The notes below the pieces were generated by a model. The model ran no database searches. It had not been told where the DNA came from and saw only the letters and a program-made list of their open reading frames with translations. From Coraliomargarita sp. (GTDB taxonomy: Bacteria > Verrucomicrobiota > Verrucomicrobiia > Opitutales > Coraliomargaritaceae): DNA of 64,000 bases. Both the position numbers and the translations under genes were made by a program. Of this stretch, positions 1 through 11,970 are shown in pieces. Positions within the stretch are counted from its first letter, which is position 1. The number at the start of each line of letters is the position of its first letter. Where the stretch lies: the NCBI GenBank assembly GCA_965216325.1, contig OZ244160.1:1024001-1088000 (forward strand), read 5' to 3'.

Positions 1-177
1 TACATCCAGTAAGATGATGTCCGGATGAAACTTGCAGGCTTCATTATATGCCAAGGGACTCTCATTTACTGCTTTGACTGCGTAGTTTCCGGCAGCTTCT
101 AAGTTACGTTTTACCATGCGTGTAAACGCGGGCTCATCGTCAACAAGCAGGACTCGTCTTGGTTCGGGTGGGGGCAT
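1..177 (-). CDS. Response regulator receiver protein, partial (runs off the window start)
   Basis: Manual translation MPPPEPRRVLLVDDEPAFTRMVKRNLEAAGNY...PDIILLDV has receiver motifs LLVDD and PDIILLD; lies directly downstream of a histidine kinase. Confidence 0.9.
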   Translation of the reverse strand, partial: MPPPEPRRVLLVDDEPAFTRMVKRNLEAAGNYAVKAVNESPLAYNEACKFHPDIILLDV

Positions 178-182
178 TTGTC

Positions 183-2054
183 TCATGTTTTTTGTGGGGT
201 TGGAAAGATTAGACGGGCGCAGGCGCCTTTACAGTTTTCTCTGTTCTCTAGTTTAATAATTCCACGGTGCATTTCAACAATACTTTGCGTCACCGATAGC
301 CCGAGTCCCGTGCCGTCACCGGTGCTGCGGGTCGAGTAGAACGGGTCAAAGAGCTTGTCTTTAATCTTATCGTCGATGCCATGACCGGTATCGAGCACTT
401 CGATGATAATCATCCGCTCGCCGATGTTGAAGAGTTCATTGAGTTTACCTGAGACGTTGTGACCACCATGTTTCAATCGCTCCATGCGACTACGAAGCGT
501 GACTTCTCCTCCGTCTGGCATGACTGAGATCGCATTGAGAAACAGATTGATGAAGACCTGTTCCATTTTGGACTCGTCCATGACAACTGGACCAAGGTCT
601 GAACTGAGTTCGTCGATGACCTTTACTTTTGCCTCACGGAAATTATGGCGCATCAGTGCCTGAACGCGGTGAATCAGGACATTGATATCCTTGGTTTCCA
701 TGCTCATCTCGTGAGGAGTGGAGTAGTCGAGCAGTTCCATGATGACACCGTTGGCCTTTTGCGTCGCTTCCTGCATATCGGCGATGACCTCCAACGCTTC
801 AGAGTTGTTATCAACTTTGGTTTTTAGAAAATCCATCCCCAGCGTGACAACTCCGAGTGGATTCTTGACCTCATGTGCGACCCCTGCTGCCAGTCGGCCA
901 ACAGTTTTAAGCTTTTCAGCTTCTAAAAGCTGCAGCTGGGTATCCTTCAAAACATGGATCGTTTTACGCAGTTTACTTTCGGTTTCTTTCTGATCGGTGA
1001 TATCACGAGAAATGCCGATAATTCCAATGGTTTCGCCACTAGTGCTAATCAGTGGAACTTTACTGATTAGATACCAAGTTCGGGTCTCGTCCGCATTATC
1101 GGTATACTCGACCTGATTGATCAGTGGACGGTTCGTTTGGATGATCTCAAGGTCCTGTTTGTGTAGCTTATCAGCAAAGGGCTTAGGCATATGTTGGTGA
1201 ACAGTTGTGCCAATGACCTTACCTTCACTGTCAGCGCCGAGTACGGCGGTGTGGTGTGGATTCGAAACTAGATATCTACCTTTGGTGTTTTTGACGAAGA
1301 TCTGGTCGGGCAGATTACTGAGTATGGTGCGAAGCAGATTTCGCTCAGCTTGCAGAGCGCCCTCGATACTCTTCAGGTCAGTAATATTACGTGAGATACC
1401 CATCGTGCCTATGATCTGGCGGTTGCGGTCATAGAGTGGGAGCTTTGTAGTTGTGACCCAACTAACCCGACCATCTTCAAAGGTTTCTTTCTCAACCTTT
1501 CCAACGAGTGGTTCTCCAGTTTGGATGATCTGCTGTTCATCTTCAAAGGCAGGTCGGGCGTGCTCGTCGGTGAATAAGTCAAAGTCTGTGAGGCCGAGGA
1601 GACTTTCTACATCCTGTCCATATACTTGTGCCATTGACTTATTCACCTTCGTGAAACGGCTATCGAGATCTTTGAAATAGATGGAGTCCGGGATATTATC
1701 CATTAGTGACTGGTAGAGAGCACTTTCATGGCTGAGTTCGCGTTCCTTGTTGCGTCTGCGGATTGAGTGAGTGATTCGCATCGTAAGTTCGCCTTCCATT
1801 AGGCTGTGCGGCACGATGTAATCATCGACTAGATGCATTACCTCACCATAGGTTTTAAGCTGTTCATGGTTGCGGCAAAGGCAGATTAACGCGCTGGAGT
1901 TGCAGTCCTCACCGATCTGATGGATAGTCTTAATACTTAGCTCGCGATCAATCCGCATATCTAGTAGAATGACCTCATACTCTTCGCCAATCGCATTTTC
2001 GTTCAGATGATCGAAATGGGCACGGCACTGGAGCGTGTAACCACTGTTTAGCAT
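183..2054 (-). CDS. PAS-domain sensor histidine kinase with degenerate N-terminal receiver-like domain
   Basis: Two PAS/PAC repeats (NIPDSIYFKD, NLPDQIFVKN), H-box VAHEVKNPL, N-box QVFINLFLNA, G boxes DTGHG and GTGLGL; true start may be about 100 bp upstream. Confidence 0.93.
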   Translation of the reverse strand: MLNSGYTLQCRAHFDHLNENAIGEEYEVILLDMRIDRELSIKTIHQIGEDCNSSALICLCRNHEQLKTYGEVMHLVDDYIVPHSLMEGELTMRITHSIRRRNKERELSHESALYQSLMDNIPDSIYFKDLDSRFTKVNKSMAQVYGQDVESLLGLTDFDLFTDEHARPAFEDEQQIIQTGEPLVGKVEKETFEDGRVSWVTTTKLPLYDRNRQIIGTMGISRNITDLKSIEGALQAERNLLRTILSNLPDQIFVKNTKGRYLVSNPHHTAVLGADSEGKVIGTTVHQHMPKPFADKLHKQDLEIIQTNRPLINQVEYTDNADETRTWYLISKVPLISTSGETIGIIGISRDITDQKETESKLRKTIHVLKDTQLQLLEAEKLKTVGRLAAGVAHEVKNPLGVVTLGMDFLKTKVDNNSEALEVIADMQEATQKANGVIMELLDYSTPHEMSMETKDINVLIHRVQALMRHNFREAKVKVIDELSSDLGPVVMDESKMEQVFINLFLNAISVMPDGGEVTLRSRMERLKHGGHNVSGKLNELFNIGERMIIIEVLDTGHGIDDKIKDKLFDPFYSTRSTGDGTGLGLSVTQSIVEMHRGIIKLENRENCKGACARLIFPTPQKT

Positions 2055-2268
2055 GCCATCGAGTTGGCTACGAACCTCATGCTCTTCCTCGGCATCAGAG
2101 CTGAGCAGGAGTAGTTTAAGGGGCGCTAAGGCTGGCAGATGTTTGGCTGAGTTCAGGACGATTTAACTATAGCAAGCTTATGCCACAGGACAAGCCTATG
2201 GTGAGCTTTGCCAGGAGGTAAAATCTCCTGTATTGAAGTCGTGCACGAAAGCCTGCTAGCCTACGGCT

Positions 2269-2871
2269 ATGTCTTTCCAGTCCAGTTTACGATATCAGCA
2301 AGCAGTTGCTGCCTTTGACGCCCTGAATGCAGGGGATCCGAATACAGTGACCACAGCCGACGGTGCGTCGCAGCCCAAAGAGTTGCACGATGCATTGGCC
2401 ATGAGTCAGTGGCTTGAACGTCTCTATCCGGATGCGAGTGAAGCGGCATATTTGGCTGCCCGTTGCCAGCACCTTTGCCGCTGGGAAGTGCCACGCAATA
2501 GCTATCCGGAAGGTCGTGCTGGCTATCTCAAATGGCGTAGTGATCTCAAGCAGGTGCACGCGGATAAGAGTGCGGCAGTACTGCGTGAAGTCGGCTATGA
2601 TGACGAGCTCATCGATGCGGTGGTTGCAATCAATTTGAAGAAGGGGCTTAAATCGAATCCAGATGTGCAAGCTATCGAGGACGTGCTTTGTCTCGTCTTT
2701 CTCGATGAACAGTTCGATGACTATATCGGTGTCTGGGATGACGACAAAATTGTCCGTATCTTGCAGAAAACCTGGGCGAAAATGAGCGAGGTGGGACATG
2801 CCGCGGCCTTGCAATTGCCGCTTTCCGAGCGCGCCTTGGGGCTGGTCAAGACTGCTCTGGGTGAAGATTAA
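2269..2871 (+). CDS. DUF4202-like protein
   Basis: Motifs [37 protein letters not shown] and KTWAKMS recognised from this family. Confidence 0.8.
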   Translation: MSFQSSLRYQQAVAAFDALNAGDPNTVTTADGASQPKELHDALAMSQWLERLYPDASEAAYLAARCQHLCRWEVPRNSYPEGRAGYLKWRSDLKQVHADKSAAVLREVGYDDELIDAVVAINLKKGLKSNPDVQAIEDVLCLVFLDEQFDDYIGVWDDDKIVRILQKTWAKMSEVGHAAALQLPLSERALGLVKTALGED

Positions 2872-2922
2872 GCCAGTAGCGGGCTGCGAGCTTGTGTTTT
2901 TGTATTCTAGCTCAGATTAAGA

Positions 2923-4353
2923 GTGATGCGGATCTACTTTATGGGCATATGCGGCACTGCGATGGGTAATGCCGCCTTACTTCTCAAGGAACAAGGGCAC
3001 GAGGTGATGGGAGCTGACTCGGGGATTTATCCGCCGATGTCCGACGTGCTTGCCGATGCTGAAATTGAAGTTTTTGACGGCTTTGATGCAGCGCGACTCG
3101 AGGCGCTAAAACCGGACCGCGTCGTGGTTGGGAATGCCATGAGCCGTGGAAACTGCGAAGTGGAGTGGCTGTTGAACCAGTCCGAGCAGGCTTTTGTATC
3201 CTTGCCACAGCTCTTTCACGAAACTGTGCTCCCCGGGCGCTGTCCAGTGGTGATCACGGGCACCCATGGTAAGACCACGACATCGACGCTGACTGCCTAC
3301 CTCTTGGACCGTGCCGGTCAAGAACCCGGTTGGCTAATTGGTGGTGTGCCCAAGGATTTGCCAAGCGGTGCGCGTCTGGGCGCCGGTACGCCCTTTGTGA
3401 TCGAGGGGGACGAGTATGATTCGGCTTTCTTCGATAAGCGCAGTAAATTCATTCATTATCGCCCACAGGTCGCGGTGCTCAACAATCTTGAGTTCGACCA
3501 TGCGGACATCTTTCGAGACCTGCAGGATGTGCAGCGCACCTTTAGTCATTTCCTGAGAATTATACCGAGTTCGGGCTATGCACTGGTGAATGGAGACGAT
3601 CCGAACTTAGCAGAACTGCTGCCGGTAAGTTGGACACAGACCGTCTTAGTCGGCACCGGAGAGCAAAATGATCTGCGGATTCGTCATTTTGCGGACAGTC
3701 CTGCGGGGGCGAGCTTTGAGCTCGTCTGGCAAGGAACTCTGTGGGGTACCGTCAATTGGGCGATGCATGGTTTATTCAATGCACGCAATGCTGCGATGGC
3801 TGCTCTTGCGGGTGCATTCGCCTCTGGATTTGAATCACCTTTGGACTTCGATCTCTCGGCCTTGGCTGAATTCTCTGGAGTCGCCCGTCGGCAGGATCTG
3901 CTGCATCAGAGTGATCGCTGGACCGTGTTGGAAGACTTTGCGCATCACCCGACAGCTGTTGCTGGTGCATTGGAGGCGCTTCGTTCTGCCTATCCGGGAA
4001 AACAGGTGCATGCTTGTTTCGAACCGCGTAGCAATACGGCCGCGACCTCACTATTCCAACACCAGTTCACTGAGGCGCTAAGTGCCGCAGATTCAGTCTA
4101 CTTGGGCGCGGTCCACCGTGCCGAGCGCATGAAGCCTGAAGAGCGCTTGAACACTGTAACCATGGTCGATCAGTTAACAGCATCAGGCTGTGATGCTCAG
4201 GCCTTTGATGACAATCAGGCATTGTTGGCGAAACTTCAGGCACGCATCACACCGGAGTCAGGCGGCTTGGTGGTCTTCTTTACCAATGGTTCATTCGATG
4301 GTATTCAAAAAGCCACCGCGGAGCACTGTGTGAATTTTCAGCCTGTGGGGTAG
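2923..4353 (+). CDS. mpl: UDP-N-acetylmuramate:tripeptide ligase (Mpl, MurC family)
   Basis: GICGTAMG, GTHGKTTT, EGDEYDSAFFDKRSKF, NNLEFDHADIF, DFAHHPTA, FEPRSNT. Confidence 0.9.
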   Translation: MMRIYFMGICGTAMGNAALLLKEQGHEVMGADSGIYPPMSDVLADAEIEVFDGFDAARLEALKPDRVVVGNAMSRGNCEVEWLLNQSEQAFVSLPQLFHETVLPGRCPVVITGTHGKTTTSTLTAYLLDRAGQEPGWLIGGVPKDLPSGARLGAGTPFVIEGDEYDSAFFDKRSKFIHYRPQVAVLNNLEFDHADIFRDLQDVQRTFSHFLRIIPSSGYALVNGDDPNLAELLPVSWTQTVLVGTGEQNDLRIRHFADSPAGASFELVWQGTLWGTVNWAMHGLFNARNAAMAALAGAFASGFESPLDFDLSALAEFSGVARRQDLLHQSDRWTVLEDFAHHPTAVAGALEALRSAYPGKQVHACFEPRSNTAATSLFQHQFTEALSAADSVYLGAVHRAERMKPEERLNTVTMVDQLTASGCDAQAFDDNQALLAKLQARITPESGGLVVFFTNGSFDGIQKATAEHCVNFQPVG

Positions 4354-4463
4354 CGCAGCACCGTCCTTCTCTGGCATGAGCCTGTCGAATGCAGTGCGCA
4401 CCACGTTTTCTAAGCCTGAAGGAAAAGCTGTCGTCGTGCGGCGCGAGACGCGCCTGCGCAACC

Positions 4464-5348
4464 TTAAAGCTTTAGAACACGCTTTGCGTTGTCGCTAAAG
4501 AGTGCCTTCAGCTCTTGTTCGGAGAGTCTACTGTCATTCTGGATTTGCTCAATAAAACGCTGGAAGTCGGCTTGCTGCTGCGTGCGTGGATACAGCCTCA
4601 GCGGGTAATCTGAGCCAAAGAGTAGCTTTTCACTGCCGACTAGATCGATCACGCGTTGAAAACTGTCGATATCGTAGAGCAGTGGACTGGCTGCGCAGTC
4701 ATAGACGACATTCTTGAGCACTTTACGTAGACGAGGGTTTTGTTCAAAGAAGGGCAGGCCGCCACCGAAGTGGGCTAGGATAAGCTTCAGCTTAGGAGCG
4801 CTCTGCGCCATACGGACGAATTCGTTCAACGGGGTCGGCACGGAACCCGGATGATCATGGCCTGCCGCCTCGGTCACGTGCAAATTAACTGGCCAGTCGT
4901 GTTCCACGCACCAGCTGGCGAGTGTCTGCCAGCCATCGCTCTGCGCGCTGAACTGTTGGACGCCGAAATGGAGTTCGCCAACTCCGCGTAGCCCGAGATC
5001 GGCAGCGACTTCCAGTTGACTCAAAGTGTTCTCGCTGGGCAGGACGCTTGCAAAGCCAATAAAACGATCGGGGGCCTGTGCCACCCATTTGCCGATTTCC
5101 TGAGTATGCCAGCGGCAGGTCGCTTCATTTTCCCAATACCAGCCGAGTAGCACGGCTTGTTCGATATTTGCAGCATCCATTGCTGCGAGCATCTTGTCGG
5201 GTGTTGCCCAATCCTGAATTGAAGGGCGGTCGAGTGGTGCGACTAAATCAGCCCAATGCAGCTCATCGTGTGCTGCTGCCCATGCGCGTGGATCTGCGGT
5301 TATCTCCGTAGGGTAGCAATGCGTGTGGCAATCAATGATCCGTGGCAT
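4464..5348 (-). CDS. Amidohydrolase family protein (Amidohydro_2-like)
   Basis: IIDCHTH metal-binding motif, LAHFGG, LFGSDYP. Confidence 0.88.
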   Translation of the reverse strand: MPRIIDCHTHCYPTEITADPRAWAAAHDELHWADLVAPLDRPSIQDWATPDKMLAAMDAANIEQAVLLGWYWENEATCRWHTQEIGKWVAQAPDRFIGFASVLPSENTLSQLEVAADLGLRGVGELHFGVQQFSAQSDGWQTLASWCVEHDWPVNLHVTEAAGHDHPGSVPTPLNEFVRMAQSAPKLKLILAHFGGGLPFFEQNPRLRKVLKNVVYDCAASPLLYDIDSFQRVIDLVGSEKLLFGSDYPLRLYPRTQQQADFQRFIEQIQNDSRLSEQELKALFSDNAKRVLKL

Positions 5349-5367
5349 GACGAAATACAGCTTTGGG

Positions 5368-5436
5368 GGAGGAATCGTTATCCTTAACGATCCGCGATGT
5401 GCTTGACGGCGGCACGTTAAGGATAACGCGCCCTAC
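5368..5436. repeat. REP-like inverted doublet
   Basis: GGAGGAATCGTTATCCTTAACGATCCGC faces an inverted copy reading GTAGGGCGCGTTATCCTTAACGTGCCGC; each copy has an internal hairpin. Confidence 0.7.
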
Positions 5437-5439
5437 CAT

Positions 5440-6201
5440 TTACAAACGAACGGGAATGCCGCGTGTTTGCAAGTGCTCTTTGGCTTGCTTGATCGTGAAG
5501 GTGCCAAAGTGGAAGATTGATGCGGCGAGCACTGCGCTGGCTTTACCTTGATCCACCGCATCTGCGAGGTGGTCGAGTGTGCCGGCACCACCGGATGCAA
5601 TCACTGGCACTTCAACAGCATCGCTGATGGCACGCGTTAAACCGAGGTCATAGCCACACTTAGTGCCATCACCGTCCATACTCGTGAGTAGAATTTCACC
5701 AGCACCGAGGGAAACCACTTTTTGAGCCCATTCGACGGCGTCCAGGCCGACCGGCTTGCGACCACCGTGGGTAAATACTTCCCAGCGGTCTTCGTTGCCG
5801 ATACGCTTGGCGTCGATTGCGACGACGATGCACTGGTTGCCGAACTTGGAAGCACTTTGCAGGATCAGGTCGGGATTCACGACCGCTGCGGTGTTCAAAC
5901 TTATCTTGTCCGCGCCGGCATTGAGCATGTCACGGATGTTCACGACGTTGCGCAAGCCACCACCAACCGTGAGCGGCATGAAGCACTCCGATGCAGTGCG
6001 CTCCACGACGTCGTGCATGATGTTGCGCTCATCACTGGATGCAGTGATGTCGAGGAACACCAATTCGTCAGCACCTTGAAGCTCGTAAGCTTTGGCTTGT
6101 TCGACCGGATCGCCGGCGTCGATGAGATCCACGAAGTTGACGCCCTTAACGACGCGGCCTTCGTGAACATCCAAGCAAGGAATGATGCGAGTGGACAACA
6201 T
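5440..6201 (-). CDS. hisF: Imidazole glycerol phosphate synthase subunit HisF
   Basis: [47 protein letters not shown]. Confidence 0.98.
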   Translation of the reverse strand: MLSTRIIPCLDVHEGRVVKGVNFVDLIDAGDPVEQAKAYELQGADELVFLDITASSDERNIMHDVVERTASECFMPLTVGGGLRNVVNIRDMLNAGADKISLNTAAVVNPDLILQSASKFGNQCIVVAIDAKRIGNEDRWEVFTHGGRKPVGLDAVEWAQKVVSLGAGEILLTSMDGDGTKCGYDLGLTRAISDAVEVPVIASGGAGTLDHLADAVDQGKASAVLAASIFHFGTFTIKQAKEHLQTRGIPVRL

Positions 6202-6267
6202 GTTGTTAGTTGTAGGCTGTGAGTTGTTTTACGTTCAACAAACAACAGCAACGTTCAACGGAGTAGC

Positions 6268-8043
6268 TTACTCGTCAGCGAATGCGAGGTCTGGCTCGAA
6301 GGACAGTGCCAAGCGATACTGCATACCCGGGCGCATGATCAATGGGTGATCGCGCTCAAGGATTTGCAGGTAATGCATGTTGCCGTAGTAGGTGCGGTAT
6401 TCTGGATCCTGTGTGACTGTTTCCAGATCCTTCCATTCAGCTTGGAAGTCATCCTTCACCACGTTGGTGCGGTGACCTTCCTGACCGAGTGTGAAGGCGG
6501 TGCCTACACGATAGCGGCTGTGTGGAGATGCGATCGCGAGGATGTAACGCATACGGTCCAGCTGCACTTGCTGCTTCACTGTGAAGCAGAACTCACAGTT
6601 GAGCTTGTTGCCAGCGAAGGACCAAGTGACCTTACAGCTACCGAGACCATTGACGAATTGCTCGTCCTTGGTGATGAGCTCAGGCTGGTCGTATTTGAAA
6701 TTGAGCGAGTTGCGCAAACCCATACTTACGGTGCAATTCTTACCGTAGAAGGATGGAATGATCACCTTGTCGCCAAAAGTCAGCTCAGGGAGCATGATTG
6801 GCAGATACTTGTCGACCGGCCAGTCAAAGACACCCGGGGAGTGAGGGAAGGCGAGGTAGTCGGAAGTATTCTTACCCTTATTGCAACTACCAACCAGGGG
6901 AAGCTGGAGCGCGAGGCCGGAATTTGGATCCTGATATACGAACAGGCCTTGTTCCTTCTTGTGCGACTTATCAAAGTTGACGAAGCGTGCCACCTTGCGT
7001 GGTGAAACTGGCTGCGATGGCGCCGCACTGCCGCTGGTTGCGCGCGCAAGACGTGCCCACTGGCAAAGGTAACGAGCCGCGTCGAAGTTGGCCATACGTG
7101 TGGTATGGTATGGCACGGTGCTGCGCTCTTCGTCGCGGATTACGAGGTAACCGTGCTCTTGGTCGAGGTAGGTTACGAAGAAATTCATGAACATGCGGCG
7201 TACCGCGTCGGTGTAGACGTCACGTTGCGCATCGGTAATCCAGTCATCACGCAGGGCCTGGAGCACCAAGCTGATACAGTGCATTTGGCCGTAGGCGCCG
7301 ATTGAGCGCCCATAGGCAAAGGCGGTGCCGTCCTGACGAGCGAGCTCTGGGATCAACTTCAGATACTTCTCCGCGTGTGTGCGCAGCGATGGAAGCTTAC
7401 GGTCGCGGAGGTGCAGATTCGCGTGCAGCTGAAGCGCTTGGCGGATAAACACGAAGCTCATGACACCATAGACGTCGAATGCACCGCCGAGCTTGCCTTC
7501 GCCACTGATTGAGTCGTCGAAGTAGCCACCGGAAGACTTGGACTCAATGCGCTCGAGGAAACGGTCGATCAGACGGCCAGTTTCGTCCTTCTTGGAGAGG
7601 CCGAGGCTGAATCGAGTGACAGCCTTTGCGATGTTGAAGCCTTGGAAGTGGTCTTCGTAGTCGCTTCGCTCCAGTAGACGCTTGTCGAGTTGCTCGCGTG
7701 TTGGATCGAGCAGGCGCTCCCAAACTTGGTTGCGGTCCTTGGCCGGACCAAAGGAAAGGAGGCCGAGAGCTGAGTAGGCGATGCCATTCTCATACTCTTC
7801 TTCAGTAAACGCTTGAGCAGTCACACAACGAGCGGCGAGGTCGACCAAGTCGTAGTCTCCGAGCTTCTCTTCGTTGGTTACGCGATAGTATTCGCCAATC
7901 GCCAGTGCCGCGTGACCGGGCTCATCGAGTCGGGATTCTTCACCTGCAACCGGGGAAATCGTTCCCTGTTCACTGATGGATTCTAAATTATGACCCAGGA
8001 TGGATTGGGCCATGTCGAGGCACTGATCTGCGAAGTTTTCCAT
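6268..8043 (-). CDS. Hypothetical protein (591 aa)
   Basis: Long ORF with host-like codon usage; no family confidently recognised. Confidence 0.85.
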   Translation of the reverse strand: MENFADQCLDMAQSILGHNLESISEQGTISPVAGEESRLDEPGHAALAIGEYYRVTNEEKLGDYDLVDLAARCVTAQAFTEEEYENGIAYSALGLLSFGPAKDRNQVWERLLDPTREQLDKRLLERSDYEDHFQGFNIAKAVTRFSLGLSKKDETGRLIDRFLERIESKSSGGYFDDSISGEGKLGGAFDVYGVMSFVFIRQALQLHANLHLRDRKLPSLRTHAEKYLKLIPELARQDGTAFAYGRSIGAYGQMHCISLVLQALRDDWITDAQRDVYTDAVRRMFMNFFVTYLDQEHGYLVIRDEERSTVPYHTTRMANFDAARYLCQWARLARATSGSAAPSQPVSPRKVARFVNFDKSHKKEQGLFVYQDPNSGLALQLPLVGSCNKGKNTSDYLAFPHSPGVFDWPVDKYLPIMLPELTFGDKVIIPSFYGKNCTVSMGLRNSLNFKYDQPELITKDEQFVNGLGSCKVTWSFAGNKLNCEFCFTVKQQVQLDRMRYILAIASPHSRYRVGTAFTLGQEGHRTNVVKDDFQAEWKDLETVTQDPEYRTYYGNMHYLQILERDHPLIMRPGMQYRLALSFEPDLAFADE

Positions 8044-8299
8044 TATGTGTGTAAACGCCTTCTAATAAGGCAAAGAACGGGCTTTGATGGTCTTCGAGCT
8101 AAGCCTTGTCAACTGCTTTTGGGATGAGTTTGCCACCTTTCTTGCAAGGGGCAGCAACCATATCTAATAATTGCGTTTTTGTAACAAGGAAAGGTTGACC
8201 CGCGGCACGATGTCTCCCTTTTTTTTGTTAATACCTACCATAAGAAGGCCTATCCTCTAATCTCCTGTCTCACTACTAACCCTACAATAATAAAAGACC

Positions 8300-10264
<1,965 letters not shown>

Positions 10265-10293
10265 TTTACCCCATTACACATCATATGATGTCG

Positions 10294-10330
10294 AGCGCTC
10301 CATCTCAATCGGGTGGGGCGCTTCCTTTTT
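10294..10330 (+). terminator. Probable intrinsic terminator after acs
   Basis: AGCGCTCCATC/GGTGGGGCGCT stem followed by TCCTTTTT. Confidence 0.65.
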
Positions 10331-10394
10331 GCCTCAAGAATAATGCGTTGCAGGCTAGACAAACGCGATAAGGACCGCAATATCCGCAAGCTTT

Positions 10395-11261
10395 ATGAAA
10401 ATTTATCTCAATGATAAGCTAGTTGATCAGAGCGAAGCAACGGTATCAGTTTTTGACCACGGCCTCTTGTATGGAGACGGCATTTTTGAGGGAATTCGCC
10501 TCTACGATGGTTGCGTGTTCAAGTTGGACGAGCACTTAGAGCGCCTCGAATACTCAGCGAAGGCGATCATGCTTAAAATGCCATGGTCTCGTCAGGAGAT
10601 TGCCGATGCGGTCTGCGAAACTTGCCGTGCAAATGGCCTTAAAGACGGATACATTCGCCTCGTGGTCACGCGCGGCGTCGGAAGCCTGGGCCTCTCGATT
10701 AAGAACTGCGATGCACCACAGCTCATCATCATTGCCGACAAGATCCAGCTCTACCCAGAGGAGTTCTATGAGAATGGCTTGAAGATCATCACTGTTCCGA
10801 CACGTCGTTGCAACCCGGCTGCGTTGCCACCGACAGTCAAGTCGCTAAACTACCTGAACAACATTCTCGCTAAGATCGAGGCGCAGCACCTTGGTTATCA
10901 CGAAGCGATCATGCTCAATGACCAAGGCTACATTGCCGAGTGCACCGGCGACAATGTATTCGTTATCCATAAGGGCGAACTCATCACACCGTCCGCATCT
11001 GCGGGTGCACTGAAGGGGATCACCCGTGATACAGCTTTAGCGATTGCTGAGGAGCTCGGTATTCCATGGCGCGAGGCGAATCTCACACGTTACGATGTGT
11101 GGGTGGCTGACGAACTCTTTCTTACAGGTACTGCTGCGGAAATCGTCCCGATCATTGAAGTTGACGCGCGTCCGATTGGCGACGGCAAGCCAGGCCCAAT
11201 AACTGGTAAATTCCTCGAATATTTCCGCAAGCGCGTCGTCACTGACGGTGTTATGCTGTAA
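10395..11261 (+). CDS. ilvE: Branched-chain amino acid aminotransferase
   Basis: DHGLLYGDGIFEGIR, KSLNYLNNI, ECTGDNVF, GITR, FLTGTAAEI. Confidence 0.96.
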   Translation: MKIYLNDKLVDQSEATVSVFDHGLLYGDGIFEGIRLYDGCVFKLDEHLERLEYSAKAIMLKMPWSRQEIADAVCETCRANGLKDGYIRLVVTRGVGSLGLSIKNCDAPQLIIIADKIQLYPEEFYENGLKIITVPTRRCNPAALPPTVKSLNYLNNILAKIEAQHLGYHEAIMLNDQGYIAECTGDNVFVIHKGELITPSASAGALKGITRDTALAIAEELGIPWREANLTRYDVWVADELFLTGTAAEIVPIIEVDARPIGDGKPGPITGKFLEYFRKRVVTDGVML

Positions 11262-11290
11262 TCAATTTAGCTGAAATTCATTCACTTTCG

Positions 11291-11325
11291 TGATCCCGTT
11301 CACCTCTGTGTGGCGGGATCATTTT
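11291..11325 (+). terminator. Probable intrinsic terminator after ilvE
   Basis: TGATCCCG...CGGGATCA stem followed by TTTT. Confidence 0.6.
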
Positions 11326-11330
11326 ATGTT

Positions 11331-11346
11331 TGGCACGCAAATTGCA
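11331..11346 (+). promoter_or_regulatory. Sigma-54 (-24/-12) promoter upstream of mcsA
   Basis: TGGCACG-CAAA-TTGCA exactly matches the TGGCACG-N4-TTGCW consensus, about 100 bp before the mcsA ATG. Confidence 0.7.
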
Positions 11347-11448
11347 AATAGCTGTCAAAAATGGATGAACTTTTACTGAAACTTATGCCCAAAATGCATT
11401 TTGGTCTTTGGTTTTGCGCTCCGATACGACATTTATACCTTTATACAT

Positions 11449-11970
11449 ATGGCTGAAAAACTTAAATGCAGTCTCTGCGGCAAGGAAGCGACCGTCCACC
11501 TGACGCAGATCATTAACAATAAGATCCACAAAGTAGACCTCTGCGAAGAATGCGCCCAGCAAAAGGGCGTCACGGACCCCGAAGGTTTCGCACTGGCTGA
11601 GTTGTTGGAAAAATCGAATTTTACCCCCCAAAAAATGGATGACGAACAGCTGACTTGTCCCTCCTGTGGTTACGAAACTGCCGACTTTCGCCGCACTGGC
11701 CGCGTCGGATGCGCCACTTGTTATGAGGTCTTCGAGTCACAAGTTCGCCCGGTTCTGGAGGATATGCACGCTGGCACGGCGCACAACGGTAAGGTCCCCG
11801 AACTAGCCATGGAGCGTCAATGCAGTAAAGTGAAGCTACGCAAGCTCAAGGACACACTGGTACGTGCAATCGCAGAGGAAGCCTACGAAGAAGCCGCTAA
11901 GATCCGTGATGAGATCCATGCGCTAGAAGAGGCCAAAGCTGCGGCTGAAATGGAGATTTCCCTACAATAA
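11449..11970 (+). CDS. mcsA: McsA, protein-arginine kinase activator (four CxxC motifs plus UVR domain)
   Basis: CSLC, CEEC, CPSC, CATC and C-terminal EAYEEAAKIRDEI; precedes mcsB; start placed at ATG 11449. Confidence 0.92.
   Translation: MAEKLKCSLCGKEATVHLTQIINNKIHKVDLCEECAQQKGVTDPEGFALAELLEKSNFTPQKMDDEQLTCPSCGYETADFRRTGRVGCATCYEVFESQVRPVLEDMHAGTAHNGKVPELAMERQCSKVKLRKLKDTLVRAIAEEAYEEAAKIRDEIHALEEAKAAAEMEISLQ

Noticed and set aside
2169..2185. TGGCATAAGCTTGCT on the minus strand as a sigma-54 promoter for the kinase
   Set aside because: GG-to-GC spacing is 9 nt rather than the required 10
11401..11448. Upstream extensions in the ORF track for mcsA (also hflX, ackA, fabD, the bio esterase and others)
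   Set aside because: The extensions lack family similarity or overlap neighbouring genes; downstream starts were used
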